Of a DNA stretch of 64,000 nt, positions 6,693-15,926 are shown one piece after another. Position 1 is the stretch's first letter. Every line of letters begins with the position of its first letter. Position numbers and translations under genes: made by a program. The stretch is from a virus: IMG/VR virus record IMGVR_UViG_3300025895_000123; one strand, written 5' to 3'. Below the pieces are notes generated by a model. That model saw only the letters and a list, made by a program, of their open reading frames with translations, was not told where the DNA came from and made no database searches.

Positions 6693-8726
6693 TTAAACAG
6701 CTTCTAATGCTTCTATTCTAGATGTTAAGTCATCAATCACAGCTTGTTGAGAAGTAATCAAAGTTTGTTGATCAGTAGATAACGTTGATAACTCCTGCAC
6801 TGATTTAATTAAAGGTGCTATAAACTCTGAATATCTCATACCAAGCATAGGTTCACTCTCACCAGTTTCTGGTACTGCTTTCTCTGGATCTGGATCAGGT
6901 GCTGGAGGTGGAGTCCATCCTCCAGGATATTCTGTCACATATGGATCTATGTATCCAGCAAAATCTACACCAAGATCATCCATTACAGTTTTAACTTCTT
7001 GTGCTATTACACCTTGATGAGGTCTTGTTCCATCATTCCACTTATAAGTCACTGTATTAAGTCTATCAATAAAATCTAATCCAAGACTGTCACCAAGTAC
7101 AGTTTTCAATCTACTATCTGAACTATTAATAGACGTATCTGTTGCCCAAACATCTTTCCAAAGATTAGCAGATCGACCAAGAGACAGATTATTACTAGGA
7201 CTAGGCATAAATGCAGGAACACTTGAATCAATTCCTATCCATCTAGCAGTACCACCAGAGTCTTTAGCAAACGCCCACGTATCACCACCCAAACGCTGAT
7301 TTTCAATATATATGCTATCATTAGAACCTTGACCGCATTTAAAATAACCATATACTGATCCAGCGGAATTCTGGAATCCAATAGTTGGATCATTACCGTC
7401 CTTATCCCAAACAACTATTCCATCAGCAGTAGTACTAAATGCTTTTCCACCAGCATGATATAATGCTACTCTATGCTCACCATAAAAATCAGCACACAAC
7501 TGATTTACAGAGGATTGATCATTTGCTTTAATTTGAACAGGACTATCATCTCTGTTACTACTTATAATAAACTCACTATCATTTACATAGATATAATCAG
7601 TAACATCATCAGTAGTATTATGGAAACCAAAAGATGGATATACTGCATCTTCGATTGTTAATCCCCATGGATTAGTAAATGCTGACTTAACACCATCATG
7701 ATATAGTTCGACAGCCCCATTTAAATTTGCTACTATACCGCTTTCTTCACCTGATCCAAGTAACATATTTAGTGCTGAAGAGCTGTAATGTATTCGCCCA
7801 AGTTTAGCTGAAGCTGAACTGTAGAATGCTACGCTGCAATCTGTACCCGATGTATCAAATAACTCAATACCGTAAGAAGCTGTTCCTAACATTTTGACAT
7901 TATCGTGATACAAATCAACAGCACCATTTGCATTCCCTCTAAGTACTGCTTCATCTGCTGAATTATTTATTCCAACTAGAGAAGAAGATGCAAAAAATCT
8001 ACCAAGTAATGCATCTACATCACTATATAAATTAATATATGCATCAGATCCAGAATTATCGTGCACAGCAACACCATTAGCTGCTGTTTCAAAAGACTTA
8101 GTTCCTGCATAATTAAGTTCAACAGAACCACCACCTGTAAATACACCTGAAACATAATCATTACCCTTAAGAGTAACTGTATTAGCAGGTTGGCCTATTG
8201 TAATATTTGTATCTTCTAACAAACCAATTCTTTGTATAGTAGCTGTTAAGTCAAATACATCATCTCCATCAACTGTAGCTTTAATATCCCCTGTACCAGT
8301 ATCAGTTACTTCGAGAGAACTATTTCCTTCTTCTATTAAACTTGTAACACCAGGAGCAGATAACTCTTCAGCAATATCTATGAATATAGCACAATCACCA
8401 ACCGTTAATGATCCAAATGTCACTGTGATCTGATCGTCCGTATCGTAAGTAATATTCGAAGGCGTTATCAAATCTCCAACATCATCATAACATATAACTA
8501 TTAATTGACTACTATCTAAATTATGAGTAATCACCCAAGATGTTGAACCTGTCGGTTGGTTATGAATATGTCTACGAGTTCTATTTGTTATTGGATACCA
8601 ACTGAGCAACCCGTCAACATCTGTGAAAACATATAATATATCATTAACAAAAACTAAACGACCTTCACTAGGACTATCTGGGAAACTAAGTAATGATGGT
8701 AAGACTGCTCCATGTAATTTAACCAT
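6693..8726 (-). CDS. Tail fibre/spike with C-terminal peptidase S74-type intramolecular chaperone
   Basis: SSDSRLK autocleavage motif, GVIAQEV, RYSEFIAPLIKSVQEL and terminal coiled coil; four V(E/D/A)LY(H/A)xxxK repeats; N-terminal WVITHNL module. Confidence 0.85.
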   Translation of the reverse strand: MVKLHGAVLPSLLSFPDSPSEGRLVFVNDILYVFTDVDGLLSWYPITNRTRRHIHNQPTGSTSWVITHNLDSSQLIVICYDDVGDLITPSNITYDTDDQITVTFGSLTVGDCAIFIDIAEELSAPGVTSLIEEGNSSLEVTDTGTGDIKATVDGDDVFDLTATIQRIGLLEDTNITIGQPANTVTLKGNDYVSGVFTGGGSVELNYAGTKSFETAANGVAVHDNSGSDAYINLYSDVDALLGRFFASSSLVGINNSADEAVLRGNANGAVDLYHDNVKMLGTASYGIELFDTSGTDCSVAFYSSASAKLGRIHYSSSALNMLLGSGEESGIVANLNGAVELYHDGVKSAFTNPWGLTIEDAVYPSFGFHNTTDDVTDYIYVNDSEFIISSNRDDSPVQIKANDQSSVNQLCADFYGEHRVALYHAGGKAFSTTADGIVVWDKDGNDPTIGFQNSAGSVYGYFKCGQGSNDSIYIENQRLGGDTWAFAKDSGGTARWIGIDSSVPAFMPSPSNNLSLGRSANLWKDVWATDTSINSSDSRLKTVLGDSLGLDFIDRLNTVTYKWNDGTRPHQGVIAQEVKTVMDDLGVDFAGYIDPYVTEYPGGWTPPPAPDPDPEKAVPETGESEPMLGMRYSEFIAPLIKSVQELSTLSTDQQTLITSQQAVIDDLTSRIEALEAV

Positions 8727-8765
8727 GCTATTAATCCTTATTATCTCTTCAATATTTTTATAACT

Positions 8766-9074
8766 CTATAAGATTCTTATATCTTCAAAACTTTTCTTTT
8801 TATCCCCTCTTTCACCTTTTCTTCTCTCTTTAAACCATTCAATAACTTGAATTCTCCCTGTATTACTATCTATTTCTGTTATAACAGCAATATTATATAA
8901 TCTCTCTAGAGTCTTTATACCAGCAGAAATTAATCTATTTTCTAAAGTCTTATCGTTCTTTAAATTATTAAAAATCTTATCAATAACTTTCTTACTTTGA
9001 TGATCAACATCTTTTGACTTAATTAATTCTCTCACAAAATCAAAATCTTTTTTTAAAATCTTTTTATTACCCAT
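8766..9074 (-). CDS. Hypothetical basic protein
   Basis: 102 aa ORF in operon. Confidence 0.55.
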   Translation of the reverse strand: MGNKKILKKDFDFVRELIKSKDVDHQSKKVIDKIFNNLKNDKTLENRLISAGIKTLERLYNIAVITEIDSNTGRIQVIEWFKERRKGERGDKKKSFEDIRIL

Positions 9075-9083
9075 AATAAACTT

Positions 9084-9443
9084 TCATTTTGTTTTAAGAT
9101 CTCGAATCATTTTATTAATTTCTCTTGACTCACTTCTTAGAGTCAAAGGTCTTTTTTTAGGATATTGATCTTGAATACCTTTTACTATAGAGTACAAGGT
9201 TCTGAGAGGATCTGAATTCTTTATGGTCTTTGCATAACGTTCAGATAACATCCCAAGAATTTTTAACTCGAGCCAATTAATTTTTATTGTTACATCGTCT
9301 CCAGGGGACATAAGTGTGCCAGCTGTTTTACAATCGGGACAATGATCTGATTCAATTATTTCATGTAGAACAAATTCATTTCGACATCGGGCACATTTTA
9401 AGGAGACATTCTTCTCCATTTTAATTCTCCAAAAGAACAACAA
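9084..9443 (-). CDS. Zinc-ribbon protein
   Basis: CARC..CPDC pair; probable start at MEKNV with GGAG RBS. Confidence 0.6.
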   Translation of the reverse strand: MLFFWRIKMEKNVSLKCARCRNEFVLHEIIESDHCPDCKTAGTLMSPGDDVTIKINWLELKILGMLSERYAKTIKNSDPLRTLYSIVKGIQDQYPKKRPLTLRSESREINKMIRDLKTK

Positions 9444-9465
9444 TCACATATACATTTTATGTCTA

Positions 9466-9711
9466 TTACTCCCCATTATTTCCCCTATTATTTTTTATAA
9501 AATCATGTATGTCTTGTATTGTTCTTAATTTTTCTGCTTCATCATCAGATATTTCAAAATTAACTTCTTCTTCTAATGTCATAATAAGTTCGACAACATC
9601 TAGAGAATCTGCCCCTAAGTCGTCAATAATACTTTTTTCTGCAGTAACCTCTTTTAAATCAACTCCTAGAGCTTCTGCGATTATTATATCGATCTTTTCT
9701 TCAGGTGTCAT
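9466..9711 (-). CDS. acpP: Acyl carrier protein
   Basis: LGADSLDVVELIMTLEEE phosphopantetheine-attachment motif; 81 aa, acidic. Confidence 0.92.
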   Translation of the reverse strand: MTPEEKIDIIIAEALGVDLKEVTAEKSIIDDLGADSLDVVELIMTLEEEVNFEISDDEAEKLRTIQDIHDFIKNNRGNNGE

Positions 9712-9724
9712 AAGACAGTCCTTT

Positions 9725-9759
9725 AATTTTCAAAATATATGTAGAGAAATAACTATAAT
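9725..9759 (+). promoter_or_regulatory. Variant of conserved promoter driving the ncRNA
   Basis: TTCA ends 9732-N9-TAGAGAAAT (9742-9750)-AAC-TATAAT. Confidence 0.6.
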
Positions 9760-9769
9760 AAACACGTTA

Positions 9770-9936
9770 TATATTTACTACCCTTCAATGGGTTGGCACG
9801 AGAGAGGATCAATCGCGTCTGTGAACTTGCGTAAAATCTATATAGCTTGTGCCGTAAAATTCTAAACTATATAGGTTGCTCCTTCAGGGAAGATGATGAG
9901 AAGACTAACCCTGCGAAACAAAGTTCACATCTTCTC
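9770..9936 (+). ncRNA. Structured, probably multi-pseudoknot ncRNA, copy 2
   Basis: ORF-free between promoter and terminator; helices GGCACGAG/CTTGTGCC, GTGAACTT/AAGTTCAC, AATCTATATAG/CTATATAGGTT, CAGGG/CCCTG, GAGAAGA/TCTTCTC; homologous to 1-119. Confidence 0.72.
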
Positions 9937-9940
9937 GAAT

Positions 9941-9970
9941 AGCCCCTTCGGGGGCTTCATCTTTTTTTTA
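9941..9970 (+). terminator. Intrinsic terminator
   Basis: AGCCCCTTCGGGGGCT then CATC and T8. Confidence 0.75.
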
Positions 9971-10005
9971 ATTTTCAACATTTATATATAGAAATTACTT
10001 ACTGA
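9970..10005 (+). promoter_or_regulatory. Conserved phage promoter motif
   Basis: TTCA ends 9977-N9-TATAGAAAT 9987-9995. Confidence 0.7.
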
Positions 10006-10041
10006 TATAATGCAAACTAACCTTAAAGAGGAGAACTTATA

Positions 10042-10290
10042 ATGGAACTATTAAACGATGGTATTCCAAATGTCGAACCTTTAACAAAAATCGAATATGC
10101 AGATATATTGAAAAGATTCACAAATGAAAATGGATATCTAAAAAATATCGATTTTGAACGTAGTGATAAGAAAATACTAACAAAAGAGGATCTAATCGAT
10201 CAAGAAATCCAAAATCAGTTTGAAGAAACCGAAAGAACGATTAGATCAATCAAAAAAAACATTGCTGAAATAATGCTCAATGATAAGTAA
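10042..10290 (+). CDS. Hypothetical acidic protein
   Basis: GAGGAG RBS; 82 aa. Confidence 0.6.
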   Translation: MELLNDGIPNVEPLTKIEYADILKRFTNENGYLKNIDFERSDKKILTKEDLIDQEIQNQFEETERTIRSIKKNIAEIMLNDK

Positions 10291-10951
10291 AGTTAGATTC
10301 AAACTAGAGGGGTAAACTCCCTTCTGGGCGTTTACTTTCACAGAGTATATATCACAATCACCTCTCATATTGAGAGTCGGTAATACTATGATTCAGTTTG
10401 ATATCTTTGAGCAGAATTTTGATAATCCAAATAATGAAATAGTTGTAATCATTGTATTACATTCTAATCATCTAAACAATCAAAAATTTCATTTTTTACA
10501 TAGGGGTAAATACGGGACCGATTGTTTTTATTCGTTATTTAATGCTCGAATGATTCTTTAATTTTTTTTGGAGATTTATTCTAGTAGTTAGCATTCAGTT
10601 CCATCTAAATGATTCTAAATCGTTCTCTCTCGTAAACATCTATCCCAGTCGATATTCCGGGGGTTCCGAATGGAACCCTGGGGCCATCCCTGGTGTACTC
10701 CATTCTTACTGTCGGAAAGTGTCCTTTTGCCCTTGGGCAACTTATTTTTTTTAAACAATTTTACAAAATGGGTCTAATTTTTGCATACAATTTTTATGTT
10801 TTAAAATTTAATCCTATCCCATTCAATTTAAGTCATAAAAATAATACATAAAGTTCTAAGGTGATCAAATGTATATAGGTGATAACTACATAATTACTTA
10901 CACTAGTAATTTACTAGTAATTCTGTTGATATATACTTTATGTCATAGGTA

Positions 10952-11167
10952 TCATTTCGCTTTATTGTAAGCTCTTTGAAGTAATTTCTTTCCACCAGAT
11001 ATATGAGCGAGTTGTCTTCTTGGATCTTGGGAATCAAACCCTTTCTTTAATAGAGCTTTACCTAATACAAAATCTTTATTACCAAGTTTCTTTAAAAACC
11101 TATTTCTTTTGATTTCAATTGGTTCCCAATCTTTTTCGCCTTCAAACATATTAATTACAGATATCAT
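10952..11167 (-). CDS. MIxxxxLFE-tag small basic protein (putative internal head protein)
   Basis: Starts MISVINMFE; Lys-rich. Confidence 0.65.
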   Translation of the reverse strand: MISVINMFEGEKDWEPIEIKRNRFLKKLGNKDFVLGKALLKKGFDSQDPRRQLAHISGGKKLLQRAYNKAK

Positions 11168-11179
11168 TTTTGATTGTCC

Positions 11180-11401
11180 TTATCTAGATGCTAGAGTCTT
11201 TGCTCCACGATAAAAACCTCTTGATCTTATAATCTTTTTTGGAATACCAGTACCATAGTTTTTATCAGCCTTCGTTTTTAATTGATCCCTTATATACTTA
11301 GTCTGATCTTCTTTACCTAAATGTTTAGACATACGATTCAATTTAGTTTGAATCATCCCAAATTCTCTTTTCTCAAATATTGTAGTTGTTAATGAAATCA
11401 T
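11180..11401 (-). CDS. MIxxxxLFE-tag small basic protein
   Basis: Starts MISLTTTIFE; Lys/Arg-rich. Confidence 0.65.
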   Translation of the reverse strand: MISLTTTIFEKREFGMIQTKLNRMSKHLGKEDQTKYIRDQLKTKADKNYGTGIPKKIIRSRGFYRGAKTLASR

Positions 11402-11422
11402 CTTAATTCTCCGGCAAAAAAT

Positions 11423-11659
11423 TTATTCTGTCTTTGATCCTCTTCGTTTCAGTTTAGATGAAGCTTTGAGGTAAACTAAAGATGCTTTATCATTTTTTCC
11501 TAAAAGTCTACCAGCGTCTTTCGCAAGTTGATTACCAATTAATGTTGTAACTGGGTTTGCTTTAGGATTCTTACTTACAAATTTTCCTAATGATCTATAA
11601 ACTTTAGTTCGTTCTTTACTAAGAATTCTTTTCTCGAATAAAGTAGATAATGAAATCAT
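11423..11659 (-). CDS. MIxxxxLFE-tag small basic protein
   Basis: Starts MISLSTLFE. Confidence 0.7.
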   Translation of the reverse strand: MISLSTLFEKRILSKERTKVYRSLGKFVSKNPKANPVTTLIGNQLAKDAGRLLGKNDKASLVYLKASSKLKRRGSKTE

Positions 11660-12057
11660 TAGACCTTCTCCATAAAGTAATTTGTGCTCATTAATTTCTT
11701 CTCTGATGTTAGTCTGTATGTTCCAGGAAAAATACCTCTAAGAATTAGAATTGCATCGACATTCTTCTCCTCAAAATCACCTTTGAGATCAAATGATCCA
11801 ACTTTATCTCCTTTGGCAAATTTGAAATCAGGATTCTTTTTAGTTTTGAAATGTTCTTCTTTAGTTGCAAAATCTATACCAACAGAGAATTTCCCCTTTT
11901 TGTTGATGTTATCTCGTCTCACACTTAAATGATGGCTTTCACCTCTTTTATATTCTAGAGCAATCCAATATGCTATTTTATCAGGATCATCCAAATATAG
12001 ATGGGCTCTACCACGAAGTAACAATTTAGCTTCAAATAAAGTAGACAATGGAATCAT
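11659..12057 (-). CDS. MIxxxxLFE-tag protein
   Basis: Starts MIPLSTLFE; 132 aa. Confidence 0.7.
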   Translation of the reverse strand: MIPLSTLFEAKLLLRGRAHLYLDDPDKIAYWIALEYKRGESHHLSVRRDNINKKGKFSVGIDFATKEEHFKTKKNPDFKFAKGDKVGSFDLKGDFEEKNVDAILILRGIFPGTYRLTSEKKLMSTNYFMEKV

Positions 12058-12069
12058 TTGATTATCCTT

Positions 12070-12780
12070 TTAAACGTTTACTGTTGGTGATCCAAAAGGT
12101 ACATTAGCTAAACGTTTTTCTTCTTTTCTAACTTTACGCTTATTCAATCCTTGAGCATAATCATATTCACCACTATCTTTTCTGATACCTTCTAATCCTT
12201 TTCCTACTCCATATGCTTTAGTGGTGTAATTTGCTAGGTCCTTTTCTCGTCTTAATATTTCAGGAGTTGTATGCTTACCTACTACTTTCCCTTTTTTCTC
12301 GTTATAGAACCTTGTTACTTTATCTTTATTTCTAACAGTTAGTTCATCAGCTTCATGTCTACGAAGTAGTGCTCCTTCTCTATCTAACTGTTTCTTACTT
12401 ATAATATCAGATCTTCCTTTAAGAGCTAACGGATCTGAAAACTTAGAAATCCTTCCACTCTTCGGCCAGATTATGGTTGGTTTCATAGTCATTGCTTTCT
12501 CTGGAGTCATACCAGGAATCATCATCGCGGTTGTATGTGGGTTTCCTCCTGGTTGAATAGCTCTTGGACCAACTGTATCGGCAAATTCTGATTTCTTAAA
12601 CTTAGAACCTGTACCCTTTAATTTAAAAGCTGTACCTTTATCAATACCCTTCATATATTGTCGCTCAGAACGGATCATTCCTTTACTTTTCAGATCCTTT
12701 ATCCCCTTTCCGCTGATTTTACCAGCAGCAATCATTTGTTCTGCCTTCTTTAACTCGAATAAACCAGATGTAATGATCAT
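12070..12780 (-). CDS. MIxxxxLFE-tag basic protein
   Basis: Starts MIITSGLFE; 236 aa, Lys-rich. Confidence 0.7.
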   Translation of the reverse strand: MIITSGLFELKKAEQMIAAGKISGKGIKDLKSKGMIRSERQYMKGIDKGTAFKLKGTGSKFKKSEFADTVGPRAIQPGGNPHTTAMMIPGMTPEKAMTMKPTIIWPKSGRISKFSDPLALKGRSDIISKKQLDREGALLRRHEADELTVRNKDKVTRFYNEKKGKVVGKHTTPEILRREKDLANYTTKAYGVGKGLEGIRKDSGEYDYAQGLNKRKVRKEEKRLANVPFGSPTVNV

Positions 12781-12791
12781 TTTGATTGTCC

Positions 12792-13184
12792 TTATTCACC
12801 ATACAAATATTTATTTGGGGAGACTGATCCTACTTCAGCTCTAGACATATTATGCCCACCTTTTAATTGATCTATTGGTTTACGTCCCTGAAGCTGTCTT
12901 CCAATATTTGTCGATTTAGATAAAGCTGTCCCTTTCGCAAATTTTATACCGGCACTTGCTGCTACCTTTCCAGTAGACATTGCCGACTTTAACTTTTCTC
13001 CAAATGTTGGTTTTCTTTGACCAAACACAACTTCAGGAGAGACAGTATTGAAATTCATACCTTTTAAACTTTTTCGCAAATTCGACAAATTCTTTCTTTT
13101 GGCACTAACAGAAACACCTTCAATCTTTTTACCAATTTTTTGTTTGAGTGTTTTTATTTCAAACAAATCAGATACAGGAACCAT
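12792..13184 (-). CDS. MIxxxxLFE-tag basic protein (start revised from 13259 to 13184)
   Basis: Internal ATG at 13184 gives MVPVSDLFE, preceded by AAAGGG RBS and following the upstream stop at 13189. Confidence 0.65.
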   Translation of the reverse strand: MVPVSDLFEIKTLKQKIGKKIEGVSVSAKRKNLSNLRKSLKGMNFNTVSPEVVFGQRKPTFGEKLKSAMSTGKVAASAGIKFAKGTALSKSTNIGRQLQGRKPIDQLKGGHNMSRAEVGSVSPNKYLYGE

Positions 13185-13188
13185 AATA

Positions 13189-13398
13189 TTACCCTTTCTT
13201 GAACATAGCTTTGGATGTATTAAAGATCCACTTAGCTTGATCTTTCGAGAAACCACCATTATCCTTACATGATTTCTTCATACCTACAGCCATATCATGT
13301 ATCTCTCCACCCTTCTTTTTAGTGGCGCCAATTATTGCGTTTAATGTACCCTTTGCATTCTCTGTTGCATCTTCAAATAATGTAAGTATACTAATCAT
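13189..13398 (-). CDS. MIxxxxLFE-tag small protein
   Basis: Starts MISILTLFE; GGAGG RBS. Confidence 0.7.
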   Translation of the reverse strand: MISILTLFEDATENAKGTLNAIIGATKKKGGEIHDMAVGMKKSCKDNGGFSKDQAKWIFNTSKAMFKKG

Positions 13399-13409
13399 TA
13401 TTTCCTCCT

Positions 13410-13619
13410 TTATCTTAACCTATGAGCAGGATTTCTCTTCGCCAAATTTTTAGCACCAACCACTAATGCATCTCTTTTCTTACCAAATGGCATATTCATT
13501 GCCTTCTTTAACATTCTATTTGGTACACGTGATTGTCCTAATCCTGGAAATGAAGAATCTAATCTACTCAAAAATACATCTTTCTCTGAGTACTCAAATA
13601 AATCACTTATAGAAATCAT
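13410..13619 (-). CDS. MIxxxxLFE-tag small protein
   Basis: Starts MISISDLFE. Confidence 0.7.
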   Translation of the reverse strand: MISISDLFEYSEKDVFLSRLDSSFPGLGQSRVPNRMLKKAMNMPFGKKRDALVVGAKNLAKRNPAHRLR

Positions 13620-13807
13620 TCTTCGCTCTCCTCTTGATCAATCCTTTTTAATGTATCAGTTGCGAAATATTGTCTTGTCGCTTTACATTCATCACAACGT
13701 ATGTTTCTAATTGGTTTAGTTGATTTCTTAACTTCTACAATAATTTTCATTCCACATTTTATACATTCAAATTCTCTTTTCATTAATTCTTTTGGGCTTA
13801 CCCCCAT
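13616..13807 (-). CDS. Zinc-ribbon protein
   Basis: CIKC..CDEC. Confidence 0.65.
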   Translation of the reverse strand: MGVSPKELMKREFECIKCGMKIIVEVKKSTKPIRNIRCDECKATRQYFATDTLKRIDQEESEE

Positions 13808-13821
13808 TTTACACCATCCTA

Positions 13822-14076
13822 TTACTTATTTACTCCCATTCTAGAAGAAGCTAGACTTGGTTTTTGAATTCGGCCAGGAATTGATTTCTTATTGAGACCA
13901 ATTGGAGCACTAGCTAGACTTACATTTGGTTGTAATCGTTTTCTATAGTTTTGTGGACCTAAAGTAGATCCTAGGTATCTTTCATTGATAGACCAATCGA
14001 TCTTTGGATTGCCTAGATCTATTGCTTCACGATCTTTTAAATCATTCGCTTCTATAATATTAGTTATACAGAGCAT
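13822..14076 (-). CDS. Small protein with degenerate tag (MLCITNIIE)
   Basis: 84 aa; N-terminus ends in IIE at the same spacing as the family tag. Confidence 0.55.
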   Translation of the reverse strand: MLCITNIIEANDLKDREAIDLGNPKIDWSINERYLGSTLGPQNYRKRLQPNVSLASAPIGLNKKSIPGRIQKPSLASSRMGVNK

Positions 14077-14088
14077 TTTAGTTTTTCC

Positions 14089-14517
14089 TTAGTTTGGCAT
14101 ATTCTCTATCTGATCTATTGTATCCTTTGTCTCTTCTTTTAGAGCTTTAAGTTTAGAAACTTTAAATGTTTCTCTCACTACAATAACCGTTCCCCCTAAG
14201 GAAACCGTAAACGTACACCAAGCTATGAAGCCATCCATCGCGACTTTAAAGAAACCGGTAACGTCACTAGCCGCCTCCGGATGTTTGATTACAAAGTCCA
14301 TAAACTCATTTCGCATACCGAACAGTTTCCAAAGGAAGAACAGTGACGTTAACAGTGGAAAGAAAAATATAAGCATCTTAGCAGAAGAAAAATTCTCTAA
14401 CATCTTCTTTATAAACGCCCGCCAATAAGGTATTAATAAATCTTCTCTTCGATCTTTTCCCGATCGTCGTTCACCTCTACGCACTAACGATTTTTCTTGT
14501 TTTCCTTGATCAATCAT
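14089..14517 (-). CDS. Two-TM membrane protein (holin-like candidate)
   Basis: Two hydrophobic segments, basic N-terminus and charged C-tail. Confidence 0.5.
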   Translation of the reverse strand: MIDQGKQEKSLVRRGERRSGKDRREDLLIPYWRAFIKKMLENFSSAKMLIFFFPLLTSLFFLWKLFGMRNEFMDFVIKHPEAASDVTGFFKVAMDGFIAWCTFTVSLGGTVIVVRETFKVSKLKALKEETKDTIDQIENMPN

Positions 14518-14734
14518 AATATAGTTCCTTACATATAAGTTAACACTTTTAATTATTGCAATAATATCAATAGGGTAGAGATGTATAGTCCTAATTGTTA
14601 TGTATGACTATTATATCGAACTTTTAAGAAATAGTAATATAGGTTTTTAGTAATCAATAATTAAAAGAGTAGCTTCTTTATCGATAGAATATTTATAATC
14701 CTTTTGTTTTGGAGCGTCATTTACCTTTTATAGA

Positions 14735-15166
14735 TTAATATTTAGCAGATGCGAATGTCAATGTAATTGAATCAGTTCCATCATTTGAAACAAAAATATC
14801 TTTCGATTCACCATCATAAGCAAAGAACTTCATGTTTGAATGTTCAGGATTTGTGGTGTTACCTATCTTAATTTTAAAAGGGGAGTCAGAGAAAATAATC
14901 ATTTGATTGATATTTGACGCCAATTCATGATCTACTGTTGATCCGGGAAGATTTGCTTCACCAGATTCATGAGAAATAGGCTCATGCATGATCATATTAT
15001 CCATAAATCTTGAAGTTTTTTGTTGATCTTCATCTGTCAATACTACACTTACACTCGTCTTTAATGTCTTAGCCATGTGCAATTCTCCTAATTTAATATT
15101 CAAATATTTGATAAAGAAATTAATTAAGTAATTCCGCACGTAAATTGGCGGAAGAAAAAAATACAT
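14735..15166 (-). CDS. Hypothetical beta-rich protein, possibly structural
   Basis: Probable start MAKTLK with GGAG RBS. Confidence 0.55.
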   Translation of the reverse strand: MYFFLPPIYVRNYLINFFIKYLNIKLGELHMAKTLKTSVSVVLTDEDQQKTSRFMDNMIMHEPISHESGEANLPGSTVDHELASNINQMIIFSDSPFKIKIGNTTNPEHSNMKFFAYDGESKDIFVSNDGTDSITLTFASAKY

Positions 15167-15194
15167 CTAATTGTTTGTTTCTGAATTGAATTGT

Positions 15195-15229
15195 CGGAGC
15201 ATGATCCTATTTAGTTAGGATCATGTTCC
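15195..15229. terminator. Hairpin (terminator candidate)
   Basis: GAGCATGATCCTA/TAGGATCATGTTC inverted repeat. Confidence 0.55.
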
Positions 15230-15406
15230 CACTAATTTTTTTTGGTAAAATATTGTGCGGGTTCATCAGATGGGAGTAAACGAAGATCACGTTTCCGGGG
15301 AAACATATGGATCTATCTAAATCACCCGCACTATCAGTCATACAAGGGCTGGGTTCATAGCTATAGCATGTCACCTCAGAATTTTATCCCTCAATATAAC
15401 CAACAA

Positions 15407-15895
15407 CTAAATATCACTTTCTCCTACCTGTACTCCACTCTTCTTTGTTGAACGGTCAACAACTGAGAAAATACTATCATTCTCAGGAGTAGGAACAGAC
15501 GTTCTATTGTCATCCTCCCCTTCTTCTGATAAAACCGATTTTTTAGCATCATCAATTGAAGTTAAAGGAGCTTTTGGACGATTATCTTCTTCAACAAGTG
15601 AATCTCCATTTCCGTCAACATTTGTTGGACCAACAAAACTACTAGATACAGTTTCAGCTTTAGGAACTTCTACAGATTTCGCACCCGGTGGAACAACAGG
15701 TTGAGGATTTGAAGGAAGCCTTGATGCTGACTGAATTTTAGCAAACAAAGTTGTCGCCATACTTGCTTCTTTGAACCCCTGAAAAGTACATGTATTCAAT
15801 TTACCTAAAATTAAACTTGCTTCTTCTCCAGTAACAATTAATTGAAACATCTGTGGTGGTTGAGGTGCCGGTGGTGGTTGAGTACCTTGATTCAT
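15407..15895 (-). CDS. Hypothetical protein with low-complexity C-terminus
   Basis: GGAGG RBS; Pro-rich N-terminus. Confidence 0.6.
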   Translation of the reverse strand: MNQGTQPPPAPQPPQMFQLIVTGEEASLILGKLNTCTFQGFKEASMATTLFAKIQSASRLPSNPQPVVPPGAKSVEVPKAETVSSSFVGPTNVDGNGDSLVEEDNRPKAPLTSIDDAKKSVLSEEGEDDNRTSVPTPENDSIFSVVDRSTKKSGVQVGESDI

Positions 15896-15926
15896 TTTTT
15901 CGCCTCCTAAATAAAAAGTAACATGT

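Noticed and set aside
9770-9936. Cobalamin riboswitch, group I intron core or hammerhead ribozyme
   Set aside because: Only fragments match (GGGAAG..GAAGAC; AGACTAA). The B12 box context, the P7 partner UAGUC and the CUGAnGA/GAAA core are missing, and no gene follows before the terminator.
10370-10561. 63-aa ORF with TTG start
   Set aside because: No RBS, low-complexity AT-rich sequence, lies after a hairpin; unsupported.
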